Of a DNA stretch of 64,000 bases, positions 1 through 9,412 are shown piece by piece. The position numbers and the translations under genes were made by a program. The stretch lies in contig CAZWJU010000001.1 in NCBI GenBank assembly GCA_964634365.1, forward strand, positions 86,585 through 150,584, given 5' to 3'. The number at the start of each line of letters is the position of its first letter. Positions within the stretch are counted from its first letter, which is position 1. Source of the DNA: an uncultured Candidatus Saccharibacteria bacterium (GTDB lineage: Bacteria > Patescibacteriota > Minisyncoccia > Phycocordibacterales > UBA9973). The notes beneath the pieces were generated by a model, which did not search any database, was not told where the DNA came from, and was given only the letters and a program-made list of their open reading frames with translations.

Positions 1-3000
1 GAAGTAGATAGTTCAACAGGGTCTCTTGTTTATAATTATCCAATCTACACAGCTCCCGGAAGAAATAATTTAACTCCAGAACTTTCTCTTTCATACAATT
101 CATCCACAGTAAATAATACTTCGATTGCAGGATTTGGTTGGAATATAGGTATACAGAGTATTGAAAGACTTAATAAAGATGGCGTATATGAATTATACGG
201 AGAAGATAATTTTACGTCTTCCATGTCAGGTGAATTAATTGGGGTTGATGCTACCAATTATGTATCAAAAGTTGAATCTGGAGATTTTATTTCATATGCA
301 AAAAGTGGTTCTGGATGGATAGCAAAAGACAAGAACGGTACTGTTTATAGTTTCGGTCTATCTGCTTCTTCAAGACAAGATGATCCTTCTGATAGTTCAA
401 AAGTATACAAGTGGATGATTGATAAGATTGAAGATACTAATGGAAATACAATCATATTTGAATATACAAAAGATAATGGACAAATATATCCAAGTAATAT
501 TTCTTATGTGAACGATGCAGTGGGAGCTATGACTATGGATATAGATTTTACTCTTATTTCCAATAGTCATCCATACAAAGAATACAAAACAGGTTTTGCT
601 GTAAAGAATAATTACCTAATAGACCAGATAACTATGTCAGTGGCAGGTTCATGGTTTTTAAAATACGATCTTGATTATACATATAGTTACCCAAACAACA
701 GAGCCCTTCTTTCTTCTATAGAAACCACAGGTAGAGATTCATCTTTAAATGAAGTAACGCAGGATCCAGTTGAATTTGAATATCAGCAATGGAGTTCAAA
801 TTGGATCGAAGATACTACATGGGAATCTCTTTTTCCGTATTATTCACCATCTTTATCTATCGGTTCTTATTCCTTTGGCGAAATAAACGGAGATGGATTG
901 CTCGATGTTGTTTGTGGAAAAGCATATCTGGGAGGTTACTGTTCAAATGACAATCCTGTAGTTGCTATAAACAACGGTGATGGATGGGAATCTTCCACCT
1001 TTGGATTCCCGGAAAAACCAGATGTACCTACGCAAAGAGAGAGGTTTATAACTTCTAGTGGTGAAGATAGTGGGCTAAGATTTTTTGATGTCAACGGAGA
1101 TAATTTGACTGATTTTGTGAGATCGACTGCTGATGGTTCATATGTATATATAAATGATGGTACAGAATGGGTTTATGATGCTTCGTGGGATATGATCCTT
1201 CCTTTTTCTGGAGGATATACAATACCAGGATCTTATTCTTTTGGAGATGTAAATGGAGATGGCCTTATAGATGTTGCATGTGCACAGGGGCAGTCTGATC
1301 ATAATTGCAACACATCGAATCCTTATTGGACGCTCGTTAATACAGGGTCTGGTTGGGAAAATACTGAAAACTATGGAGGAAGTGACGCGCTCGTAAGTTC
1401 TACCGAAGAAGATACTGGGGTGAGAATGGTAGATGTAAACGGCGACGGTCTAGTCGATTTCATGCGTGCAAAAAATTCTGATAACGAAACTTATATAAAC
1501 ACAGGCAATGGATACGTTGTGGATCCAGTCTGGGACTCACCACTTCCTTTTGTCGATAGCCTTACAATCCCTGGCTCAATTTCTTTTGGAGACGTAAACG
1601 GTGACGGATTAATTGATATCGCATGTGCACAAGGACAATCGGATCATTACTGCAATACATCTAATCCACAAGATATATACATAAACAATGGTGCTGGGTG
1701 GTCGGCTCAACATGTATATGGTGGACCAGATTCTTTTGTTGATGAAAGCGAAGAAGATACTGGGGTAAGAATGATGGATATAAATGGCGATGGGTTAATG
1801 GATTTTATCAGATCATATGAATCTGGAGGTCTACAAACAGATGTAAATATAAACGGAGGATTGAAGACAGATTTACTAAAAACAATCACTTCTTCTTCTG
1901 GAGCCGTTGCTTCTTTTGAATATAAACCTAGTACTCAGTATTTAGATGGATCAGGGGATTTGTTAAACAGCACTCTCCCTATAACCGTAGATACAGTAAA
2001 TAGCATCACGACTGATGATGGTTTTGGGAATGAATCCACAGAAACTTATACATATGCAGATGGTTTTTATTATTTCAACACACCTCACGATCGTAAATTT
2101 GCAGGTTTTGGACTTGTTACAAAAAATGATGGAGTTGGAAATGTAACAAAAACATATTTTCATCAAGGTAATGTCACCGATACTGCAAATGGTGAATATG
2201 ACGATCATATTTCAAAAGCAGGAAGACCTTACAGGGTAGAAGAATATAACGACTCCAATGACTTATATCGTTTGACGGTAAATAAGTGGGATAAATATAA
2301 TATCGGAACTAATCATGATTTTGTAAAGTTAGTCAGGAGTACAATACTAAATTATGATGGTGACGCCGATCATAAAGATACTGCAACTGAATATACTTAC
2401 GATAATGCAAATGGAAATCTTCTAACTAGCATAAACTGGGGCGAAGTTACAGCTTCCACAGATGGGTCATTTACAGATACAGGTAGTGACAAGTCAACAG
2501 AGACATCAACCTATACTTCGAATATTGGGGCAAATATTTTAGGCCTTCCTTCGCAAATTACTACTGTCGATCAGTCTGCAAATAAGGTTAACGAAACTAG
2601 ATATTTCTATGACAATCAGACATTTGGCAATGTGACAGATGGAAATATTACAAAAGAACAAAAATGGGTTTCTGGTACAACATACCAGACATGGAAAAAG
2701 TCATATAATGCAAATGGAACAGTAGCAACTGAAACAGATCCAAGAAATAAGGTTACTGCCTACACAACATATGATTCATATGGATTGTATCCGCTAACAG
2801 TTACCAATCCATTATCACAGACAACAACATATTCCTATGATTACTCTTCTGGAAAAGCCATCGAAGTAACTGATGGCAACGGATCAAAAAAAGAAATGGT
2901 TCTTGACGGATTCGATCGTCCACTTGAAGAAAAAATTTCTGATCCAACCAGTGGAAGTCAGGTAACCAAGACTACATATGCATACAACGATACATCTTTC

Positions 3001-5670
3001 CCGCATTCCGTTACAAAGAATGATTATCTTGATTCAACAATTGCTCGAACATCTTATTCATATATAGATGGACTTGGACGAACAGTACAGGTAAGAACAG
3101 AGATGGAGGATTCTGGAGACTACTCAGTTAAAGATACTGTATACAATGAGCTTGGATTGGTGGAAAAAGAATCTTTACCATATACGGATACTGGGTCTTC
3201 ATACGAGTCTCCTACAGGGACTACATCGCTGTATACGAATTACACATATGATGCTCTTAAACGTCCGCTTACAATCGCAAATAATCTTGGGACAACAACA
3301 AATTCATACGATCAATTGATGACTACCACTACTGATCCACTAGGAAAAGTGAAAGATTATATCAATGATGCACGAGGAAATCTAACTAGTGTTGTTGAGC
3401 ATGATGGAGCGAGTTCATATACCACAAACTATGAATGGAATTTAAATGGAATGCTTACTAAAATTACTGATTCTTTGTCAAACATAAGAAACTTCACTTA
3501 TGACGGTATTGGCAATAGATTAAGCGCAGAAGATTTACATGCTGTCGGAGATGCAACATTTGGTGCATGGACCTATTCTTACGATGCTTCTGGAAACATG
3601 GCACAGTCTGTTTCTCCAAAGGGTGATACTGTGAATTACACATATGATGATATAAATCGACAACTTACAGAGAATTGGACAGGAGGAACAGGAACTGAGA
3701 TCACCTATACATATGATTCATGCACCGAAGGAATAGGATATCTTTGCTCTGCAACTGTTTTAGGAGGAGTGGCAACTACATATGTTTATACTCCAAATGG
3801 ACTCATAAAGTCGGATACAAGAACAATTTCAGGAACTGGATACACAACTTCTCGTATTTATGACAGACAAGGAAGTATCACACAAATGCAACTCCCAGAT
3901 TCATCACAGATGAGGTATACCTCCAACTCTGCGGGACTAAAGGAGACAATGCAGAAAAAAGAAGTTGGAGGAAGCTGGACCAATGTCCTTACTGACATCG
4001 ATTATGCACCAACAGATCAAGTTGCATATCTTGCATACCAAAATGGAGTGACAACAACAAATACTTTTGATTCGACAAAACTCTATCGTCTCACAAATAA
4101 AGTGACTGCAAAGACGGGTGGCTCAACATTCCAAAGCATTGCATATACATATGACGCTGTTGGCAATATCACAAATCTTGTTGATAGTGGTGCAACAGGA
4201 GGAGCAAAGACATTTGCAATGACATATGATAACCTCCATCGTCTCACATATATAAATGCAACAGGTCTCGGAACAGGAACTGCGTACAATCAGACTTTCG
4301 CATATAACTCAATCGGAAATATCACTTCCGTCACAGGTACTGGAGGAACTCTCTATCCTACAACCCAATACAACGGTTTCGCTGGTTCAAGTTATGCGAA
4401 CCCTCATGCCGCAACAAAGATAGGAGGAGTAAACCGTACATATGATCAAAATGGAAACATGTTAGGTAACGGTACTCTAACTAATACTTGGAATTACAAA
4501 AATGAATTGACACAAACAGTTGTAGGAGCAAATACCATGAGTTATACATATGACCACAATGGTGATCGTATGACATATACAAATCCAACTGTAACTACAA
4601 TTACTCCAAGCAAAGAATATGAAGTTACAGGAACCCTTAAAAAGAAATCACTTTATCTTGGTGATGAACTTATCGCAACAACTGAGGATAATGCAGGTAC
4701 AATCACTCCTCACTATGCTCATACAGATCACTTGTTTGGTTCATCAGTCATGACCTCAAGTACAGGAACACAGGATGAACTAGTAGACTACTATCCATTC
4801 GGAGAAGGTAGAGTAGATACTCTTGCGGGCTCTTTCAAGGAACGTCATAAGTTCACAGGACATATCAGAGACGAAGACACTGGACTTGAGTATGCAAAAG
4901 CGAGATACTTGAATACGAAGTATAATCGGTTTATTTCGCAGGATAAAGTGTTTCAGAGTTTGGGAGACAAACAAAGAACTAATGAGTTAAGTGGTCAAGA
5001 TGATCAACTAATACTTCAAGATCCACAATCTTTAAATTCATATGCATATGCAAGAAATAATCCGTTCAAGTACGTTGATTATGATGGAAATTGGTATAGT
5101 GAATTCTTGAGTGGACACCAATCAACTTCAAGTTTTGTTGGAGAAGTTGGGAATGCGGCTGCTCATCTTGGTCCAACCTGGCAATCTGCTATGAATCATC
5201 CCGTTGCTACAGGCGCGATTGTAGGTGTAGGAGCTGGTGCGGTGGCTCTGGGAGGATCGGTAGGAGCTACGGCTTTAAGTGCCGAGTTGCTTGGTAGTGC
5301 AGGAACTGCTTGTGTTGCAGCATGTGGTAATATACAAAAAGTAATTCAAGAGTCCCCGCAGTCTCTTGGAAAAGCCGGAGAAGTTGCTTCAGGTTTAGTG
5401 AAAAATACACAAAGAATTGAGTCTGCAACAGGGTCTGCAAAATATAGAATACCTGATGGATTGGATCATGCGAATAGAATTATTAGCGAAGTTAAAAATG
5501 TTAATCAGCAAAGTTTAACTAGTCAAATAAGAGACTCAATTATCTACTCTCAGAGAAATGGTTATAGATTTGATCTATATACAAGATCGACAACACAAAC
5601 TTCAGGACCACTTAAAGATTTAATTAGTAAAGGTCAGATTGTATTAAAAAATCTTGGTAATATAAAATAG
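1..5670 (+). CDS. Rhs/YD-repeat polymorphic toxin, 5'-partial (continues upstream of window). SpvB-like N-terminus, FG-GAP/VCBS-type repeats, RHS repeats, RHS-associated core and C-terminal PD-(D/E)xK-like nuclease tip
   Basis: Frame 1 is open from base 1, so the ORF is truncated by the window edge. N-terminal SIAGFGWNIGIQSIERL resembles the SpvB/TcB N-domain. Repeated FGDVNGDGLIDVACAQGQSDH units are FG-GAP-like. Dozens of YTYDxxGN(L/M) YD/RHS repeats follow. RHS core end ...NTKYNRFISQD...YAYARNNPFKYVDYDGN has a degenerate DPxGL motif. The final ~190 aa contain a Gly/Ala-rich hydrophobic stretch, then RIPDGLD...ISEVKNV, a PD-(D/E)xK-like motif. Confidence 0.85.
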   Translation, partial: EVDSSTGSLVYNYPIYTAPGRNNLTPELSLSYNSSTVNNTSIAGFGWNIGIQSIERLNKDGVYELYGEDNFTSSMSGELIGVDATNYVSKVESGDFISYAKSGSGWIAKDKNGTVYSFGLSASSRQDDPSDSSKVYKWMIDKIEDTNGNTIIFEYTKDNGQIYPSNISYVNDAVGAMTMDIDFTLISNSHPYKEYKTGFAVKNNYLIDQITMSVAGSWFLKYDLDYTYSYPNNRALLSSIETTGRDSSLNEVTQDPVEFEYQQWSSNWIEDTTWESLFPYYSPSLSIGSYSFGEINGDGLLDVVCGKAYLGGYCSNDNPVVAINNGDGWESSTFGFPEKPDVPTQRERFITSSGEDSGLRFFDVNGDNLTDFVRSTADGSYVYINDGTEWVYDASWDMILPFSGGYTIPGSYSFGDVNGDGLIDVACAQGQSDHNCNTSNPYWTLVNTGSGWENTENYGGSDALVSSTEEDTGVRMVDVNGDGLVDFMRAKNSDNETYINTGNGYVVDPVWDSPLPFVDSLTIPGSISFGDVNGDGLIDIACAQGQSDHYCNTSNPQDIYINNGAGWSAQHVYGGPDSFVDESEEDTGVRMMDINGDGLMDFIRSYESGGLQTDVNINGGLKTDLLKTITSSSGAVASFEYKPSTQYLDGSGDLLNSTLPITVDTVNSITTDDGFGNESTETYTYADGFYYFNTPHDRKFAGFGLVTKNDGVGNVTKTYFHQGNVTDTANGEYDDHISKAGRPYRVEEYNDSNDLYRLTVNKWDKYNIGTNHDFVKLVRSTILNYDGDADHKDTATEYTYDNANGNLLTSINWGEVTASTDGSFTDTGSDKSTETSTYTSNIGANILGLPSQITTVDQSANKVNETRYFYDNQTFGNVTDGNITKEQKWVSGTTYQTWKKSYNANGTVATETDPRNKVTAYTTYDSYGLYPLTVTNPLSQTTTYSYDYSSGKAIEVTDGNGSKKEMVLDGFDRPLEEKISDPTSGSQVTKTTYAYNDTSFPHSVTKNDYLDSTIARTSYSYIDGLGRTVQVRTEMEDSGDYSVKDTVYNELGLVEKESLPYTDTGSSYESPTGTTSLYTNYTYDALKRPLTIANNLGTTTNSYDQLMTTTTDPLGKVKDYINDARGNLTSVVEHDGASSYTTNYEWNLNGMLTKITDSLSNIRNFTYDGIGNRLSAEDLHAVGDATFGAWTYSYDASGNMAQSVSPKGDTVNYTYDDINRQLTENWTGGTGTEITYTYDSCTEGIGYLCSATVLGGVATTYVYTPNGLIKSDTRTISGTGYTTSRIYDRQGSITQMQLPDSSQMRYTSNSAGLKETMQKKEVGGSWTNVLTDIDYAPTDQVAYLAYQNGVTTTNTFDSTKLYRLTNKVTAKTGGSTFQSIAYTYDAVGNITNLVDSGATGGAKTFAMTYDNLHRLTYINATGLGTGTAYNQTFAYNSIGNITSVTGTGGTLYPTTQYNGFAGSSYANPHAATKIGGVNRTYDQNGNMLGNGTLTNTWNYKNELTQTVVGANTMSYTYDHNGDRMTYTNPTVTTITPSKEYEVTGTLKKKSLYLGDELIATTEDNAGTITPHYAHTDHLFGSSVMTSSTGTQDELVDYYPFGEGRVDTLAGSFKERHKFTGHIRDEDTGLEYAKARYLNTKYNRFISQDKVFQSLGDKQRTNELSGQDDQLILQDPQSLNSYAYARNNPFKYVDYDGNWYSEFLSGHQSTSSFVGEVGNAAAHLGPTWQSAMNHPVATGAIVGVGAGAVALGGSVGATALSAELLGSAGTACVAACGNIQKVIQESPQSLGKAGEVASGLVKNTQRIESATGSAKYRIPDGLDHANRIISEVKNVNQQSLTSQIRDSIIYSQRNGYRFDLYTRSTTQTSGPLKDLISKGQIVLKNLGNIK

Positions 5671-5674
5671 TAAT

Positions 5675-6076
5675 ATGGAAAATATAAAGGAGTTGCAGAT
5701 AACATTAACAGACCTTGCGGTAAAGGTTGCATTGTTTTATAAAGTGAAACTTGATTTTTCTTTAAACTCAGTAAAAAAAGTTGAAGATGTTTTATCAAAA
5801 ATAAGCGAAGAATACAAAAAAAATCAGAACGAGGAAGGTATAGAAGGCATTGCTCTCGAGTTTGCCGCATATATTATCACTGTTATCGAGAGGAATTTGC
5901 TTTTAGGTAAATGGCAACGAGACTCAGAATTAGGAAAGGATACATTTCCATATGATCTTGGAAATAACAATTATATTTTCCCCTATGCATGGTGTCAAAA
6001 AAGAATATTTGATGGCGATGAAGACAATGTTTGGCAAAAGTTTAAAACTTTGGTTTTAGATAAGTATCAAAATTAA
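5675..6076 (+). CDS. putative cognate immunity protein of the Rhs C-terminal toxin (133 aa, no recognisable family)
   Basis: Starts 5 bp after the toxin stop on the same strand. Small acidic cytoplasmic protein. This is the canonical toxin-immunity gene order of polymorphic toxin loci. Confidence 0.4.
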   Translation: MENIKELQITLTDLAVKVALFYKVKLDFSLNSVKKVEDVLSKISEEYKKNQNEEGIEGIALEFAAYIITVIERNLLLGKWQRDSELGKDTFPYDLGNNNYIFPYAWCQKRIFDGDEDNVWQKFKTLVLDKYQN

Positions 6077-6232
6077 AAATAGTCCAAAAAGTGTCTCACT
6101 TTGTCCTATTTTCGTATACGCACGAGAAGGGTCATCGTGGTATTGTAAAAAGGTACTAATTAACCTTGTGGGGTAAGGAATCAAAAAGTTCTATCTCGAG
6201 AAGGCTCACCCCATCATATTTCATCTAAGTAA

Positions 6233-7957
6233 GTGAAATATGTATATAAAATTATATTTACTATCGTTTTCATAACATTAAATAATATGTCTATAAAAAG
6301 TGTGTCTACAGAACTTAAACGTTTTTTAGAATCAAAAGATCCTGAGGTAATCTGTATTATGGGTAAATGGGGTATAGGTAAAACTTATACTTGGAAAAAA
6401 TACTTACAAGAAACATCACAAGCAAAGAAAATTGGTCTTAAACGATATTCTTATGTGAGTTTATTTGGATTGAATACAATTGAATCAGTAAAAAACACTC
6501 TCTTTGAAGCAACAGTAGAAACTGATTGTATTAAGAATGGGCCAAATATAAAAACATTTCAAGATAATTTTAAGTCAATGGAGGTAACCGGACGTGCTCT
6601 TACAAGATTAGCCAGGAATCTTCCGAAAATTAAAGATTATGTTCCTGATATGTTCATTACTGTTCGTAATCAAATTATTTGTATTGATGATTTAGAGCGA
6701 ACAGGCGGTAATTTAAGTACTATAGAAATATTCGGCCTCATTTCCTTTCTTAAGAACGAGCGTAACTGCAAAATAGTCCTTCTTTTTAATGATGAGCAAC
6801 TTAAAGATGCAGAAAGCGCAGAATTCAAGAAGCAGCTTGAGAAAGTAATTGACATTAAGATAAGATTTGAACCTCTTCCGGAGGAAGCAGCAGATATAGC
6901 AGTAGACAAAACCACATCCTTTTGTGAGGAGTTGTCAAAAGTAACTACTGCACTGGGTATAACTAATATAAGGGTAATTAAGAAGATTGAAAATTTATTA
7001 AAAAAATTAGAAAAATTACTTATTGATAATGACAGGAGAATATTTAATATTTCAATCTCTTCAGTAGCGCTTCTTAGTTGGTCAATTTACGAACCAACAT
7101 TTGCTCCATCATTGGACTTCATAAAAAACTTTGTTAAATATGCCGATATATTTCTTGATAAGGACAAACAAGAGTCTGAAAATGAAAAAAAATGGCGCTT
7201 AATGATAAATAGTATTCAATTTTCTAATTTTGATGAATGGGATGCATTATTATTGACTATAGTGCAAAATGGCTATATTGATGAAGAAATTTTACAAGAT
7301 AAAGCAAAAGAACTAGATAAGCAGTGGGAACTACAAGATAATGATAATTCGTTTCATGAAGCATGGCAAAAATATCGTCACTCTTTCGATCTAAATGATG
7401 ATACTGTCTTAAATGGGCTTTATGAAGCATTTAAGAAAAACGTGCAATCCGTTAGCCCAACTAATTTAGATGCTACACTTGTTTTGTTTCGTAAATTTAA
7501 TAGAAATGATCAAGCAAATGAAATGGTTGATTTGTATATGAATACAAGAGATGAAAAACCAGAATTCTATGATTCTAATCGATCTATGTTTTTAAATATC
7601 AAGGATCCAGTTTTAATTACAGCTTTTACAAAAAAACTATCAAGTTTTAAGGACTCTAGAAGTACTCAAGAGATTTTGGAAAAAATTGCAAAAAATAGTG
7701 GCTGGAACCCAGAAGATATCGAAGCATTAACTGCAGTTTCAGAAAATGAATTTTATGATTTATTTAAAAAAACTAAAGGGAACCAATTAATAATAATAGT
7801 GAGCCAAGCGCTTAAATTTGCTTCTTATAATCCTTCTGATGAAAAAATGGAAAGAATTAGTCTAAATGCAGAAAATGCATTAAAGAGAATTGCAAAAGAA
7901 TCAAAAATGAACTCTGAAAGAGTTAAATCTTTATATGGCATAACCATAGATGATTAG
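6233..7957 (+). CDS. KAP-family P-loop NTPase
   Basis: Walker A ICIMGKWGIGKTYTW matches the KAP hallmark GxWGxGK[ST]. Walker B IICIDDLERT. 574 aa, mostly alpha-helical C-terminus. Confidence 0.6.
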   Translation: MKYVYKIIFTIVFITLNNMSIKSVSTELKRFLESKDPEVICIMGKWGIGKTYTWKKYLQETSQAKKIGLKRYSYVSLFGLNTIESVKNTLFEATVETDCIKNGPNIKTFQDNFKSMEVTGRALTRLARNLPKIKDYVPDMFITVRNQIICIDDLERTGGNLSTIEIFGLISFLKNERNCKIVLLFNDEQLKDAESAEFKKQLEKVIDIKIRFEPLPEEAADIAVDKTTSFCEELSKVTTALGITNIRVIKKIENLLKKLEKLLIDNDRRIFNISISSVALLSWSIYEPTFAPSLDFIKNFVKYADIFLDKDKQESENEKKWRLMINSIQFSNFDEWDALLLTIVQNGYIDEEILQDKAKELDKQWELQDNDNSFHEAWQKYRHSFDLNDDTVLNGLYEAFKKNVQSVSPTNLDATLVLFRKFNRNDQANEMVDLYMNTRDEKPEFYDSNRSMFLNIKDPVLITAFTKKLSSFKDSRSTQEILEKIAKNSGWNPEDIEALTAVSENEFYDLFKKTKGNQLIIIVSQALKFASYNPSDEKMERISLNAENALKRIAKESKMNSERVKSLYGITIDD

Positions 7958-8096
7958 TCCTCGAAAGACTGGAAAGATTTTAAATTAATTTTCTATATAT
8001 CCTGAATGTTTAATCTTGTTAACAATAATGCCTTTGTTTGTTCAGAAAGTTATTCTGTGGAATTACAGCATAATTATTTCATGCTAAAATAATCCC

Positions 8097-8486
8097 ATGA
8101 ATCATTTTGGAGAACATGTAACCTTGGATGGTTACGGGGGAGACGAAGAATTGCTAAACAGCAAAGATGTAGTACTGGCTTGTCTTAAAAATCTGCCTGA
8201 GCTACTCGACATGCATATACTCGCAGAGCCTGTTGTGTATTTTGCAAAAGGCAACGACGACAAAGATCCAGGTGGCTGGAGTGGATTTGTAGTGATAGAG
8301 GAGAGTCATATCAGTATCCATACATTTCCAAAAAGGGGATTTGTGAGTATCGATGTGTATACCTGCAAGAATGGTATGGATCAGAAATATATAGAAGATT
8401 ATTTTATAAAAGAATTCAAACTCACTGACACAGAAACGAACTTCATAATCCGAGGCAAGAAGTATCCTGAGAAGAATCTAGTGTAA
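8097..8486 (+). CDS. speH: S-adenosylmethionine decarboxylase proenzyme, pyruvoyl-dependent archaeal/Gram-positive type
   Basis: Motif EESHISIHTFPKRGFVSIDVYTC matches the AdoMetDC self-cleavage/active-site region (ESHISIHTWPE...IDVFTCG). Confidence 0.8.
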   Translation: MNHFGEHVTLDGYGGDEELLNSKDVVLACLKNLPELLDMHILAEPVVYFAKGNDDKDPGGWSGFVVIEESHISIHTFPKRGFVSIDVYTCKNGMDQKYIEDYFIKEFKLTDTETNFIIRGKKYPEKNLV

Positions 8487-8492
8487 ATATTA

Positions 8493-8526
8493 AACCCCAT
8501 TTCAGTTGAAATGGGGTTGTATTTTA
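8493..8526. terminator. bidirectional intrinsic terminator (AACCCCATTTCAGTTGAAATGGGGTT + T-tract)
   Basis: Perfect GC-containing hairpin followed by TTGTATTTT. Lies between convergent genes. Confidence 0.6.
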
Positions 8527-8877
8527 TAAACTGAGGAACTCGAATAAAATCATCATTAGTTTTCCAAGTTCATCATTTAAAACGTTTAAACCAGTGACAA
8601 CATTCCTGCGCTTTTCTTTTTCTAATGTCTTTTCGATCTCTGCAGATACTTCTTTGATCAAGAATATGGCATTGTAGAAACTGTCTTTATGGAATGTAGT
8701 ATTTTTGTGTGCTATTTGCGGATTATCCATCTTGATAGCATGAATAATTCCTGGTTCAAATTTTTGCTCAAAGTATTTCTTAAAAGCTTTGTTGGAAGGG
8801 GAATAAGTCATTATTTCATCTATGGACTTCAGTGCAAGATGTAACTTTAAGGAGAATTTATAGCTGTTGTTTATCAT
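8524..8877 (-). CDS. hypothetical protein (117 aa)
   Basis: Clean ORF between two terminator hairpins. No recognisable motif. Confidence 0.4.
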   Translation of the reverse strand: MINNSYKFSLKLHLALKSIDEIMTYSPSNKAFKKYFEQKFEPGIIHAIKMDNPQIAHKNTTFHKDSFYNAIFLIKEVSAEIEKTLEKEKRRNVVTGLNVLNDELGKLMMILFEFLSL

Positions 8878-8950
8878 TTTTTTGGTACATTTAGTTTATA
8901 AAACAATAGCATAATTTTATCAAAAAGTCAAATAAATTTAAAAAAAATTA

Positions 8951-8977
8951 AAACCCGGGACTTCCGGGTTTTTTTTG
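8951..8977. terminator. intrinsic terminator (AAACCCGGGACTTCCGGGTTT + T8)
   Basis: Hairpin plus U-tract. Confidence 0.6.
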
Positions 8978-9331
8978 TTATTTCTTCATTTTGATTACTA
9001 CCTCGAGAAATTTCTCGGTGATGCAGTATCTTCCCAGCTCATCTTTTACCAGGTATCCAGGGCTAAGATAACATGTTGTGAAGGCAACTGGGGCACCTCC
9101 TTCTACTAAAGCTCTCAATACAAGTCCTTCACTATTTGTGACATTGTGCTCACAAAGTCTTTTATAATCTTCCCATGAAAATGGTGTCCATTTGTCTGGG
9201 TTGATTTTGTTTTGAATAAATATGATATTTTGTGAGATTATTTCAGTCTCACGGCTTTGCCAAGAGCTACCTCCAAGGCTTATACCTGCAAGATCTTTTG
9301 GGAATATTTCAGTTAAGATTTTATTTTCCAA
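8978..9331 (-). CDS. hypothetical protein (117 aa)
   Basis: ORF with no recognisable family. Downstream terminator at 8951-8977. Confidence 0.4.
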   Translation of the reverse strand: MENKILTEIFPKDLAGISLGGSSWQSRETEIISQNIIFIQNKINPDKWTPFSWEDYKRLCEHNVTNSEGLVLRALVEGGAPVAFTTCYLSPGYLVKDELGRYCITEKFLEVVIKMKK

Positions 9332-9379
9332 TTTTTTTAATTTTCTATATTATACATTTTAATTATCAAATGTCAAACA

Positions 9380-9412
9380 AAAACACCTCAGACTGAGGTG
9401 TTTTTGTTTTTA
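9380..9412. terminator. intrinsic terminator (AAAAACACCTCAGACTGAGGTGTTTTT)
   Basis: Perfect hairpin flanked by A- and T-tracts, therefore bidirectional. Downstream of trxB (minus) and of the 8978-9331 gene region. Confidence 0.6.

Noticed and set aside
6077-6232. Imperfect palindrome GTGGGGTAAGG...CTCACCCCATCA between the immunity gene and the KAP NTPase
   Set aside because: Arms are not truly complementary (several mismatches). Probably just promoter-region sequence.
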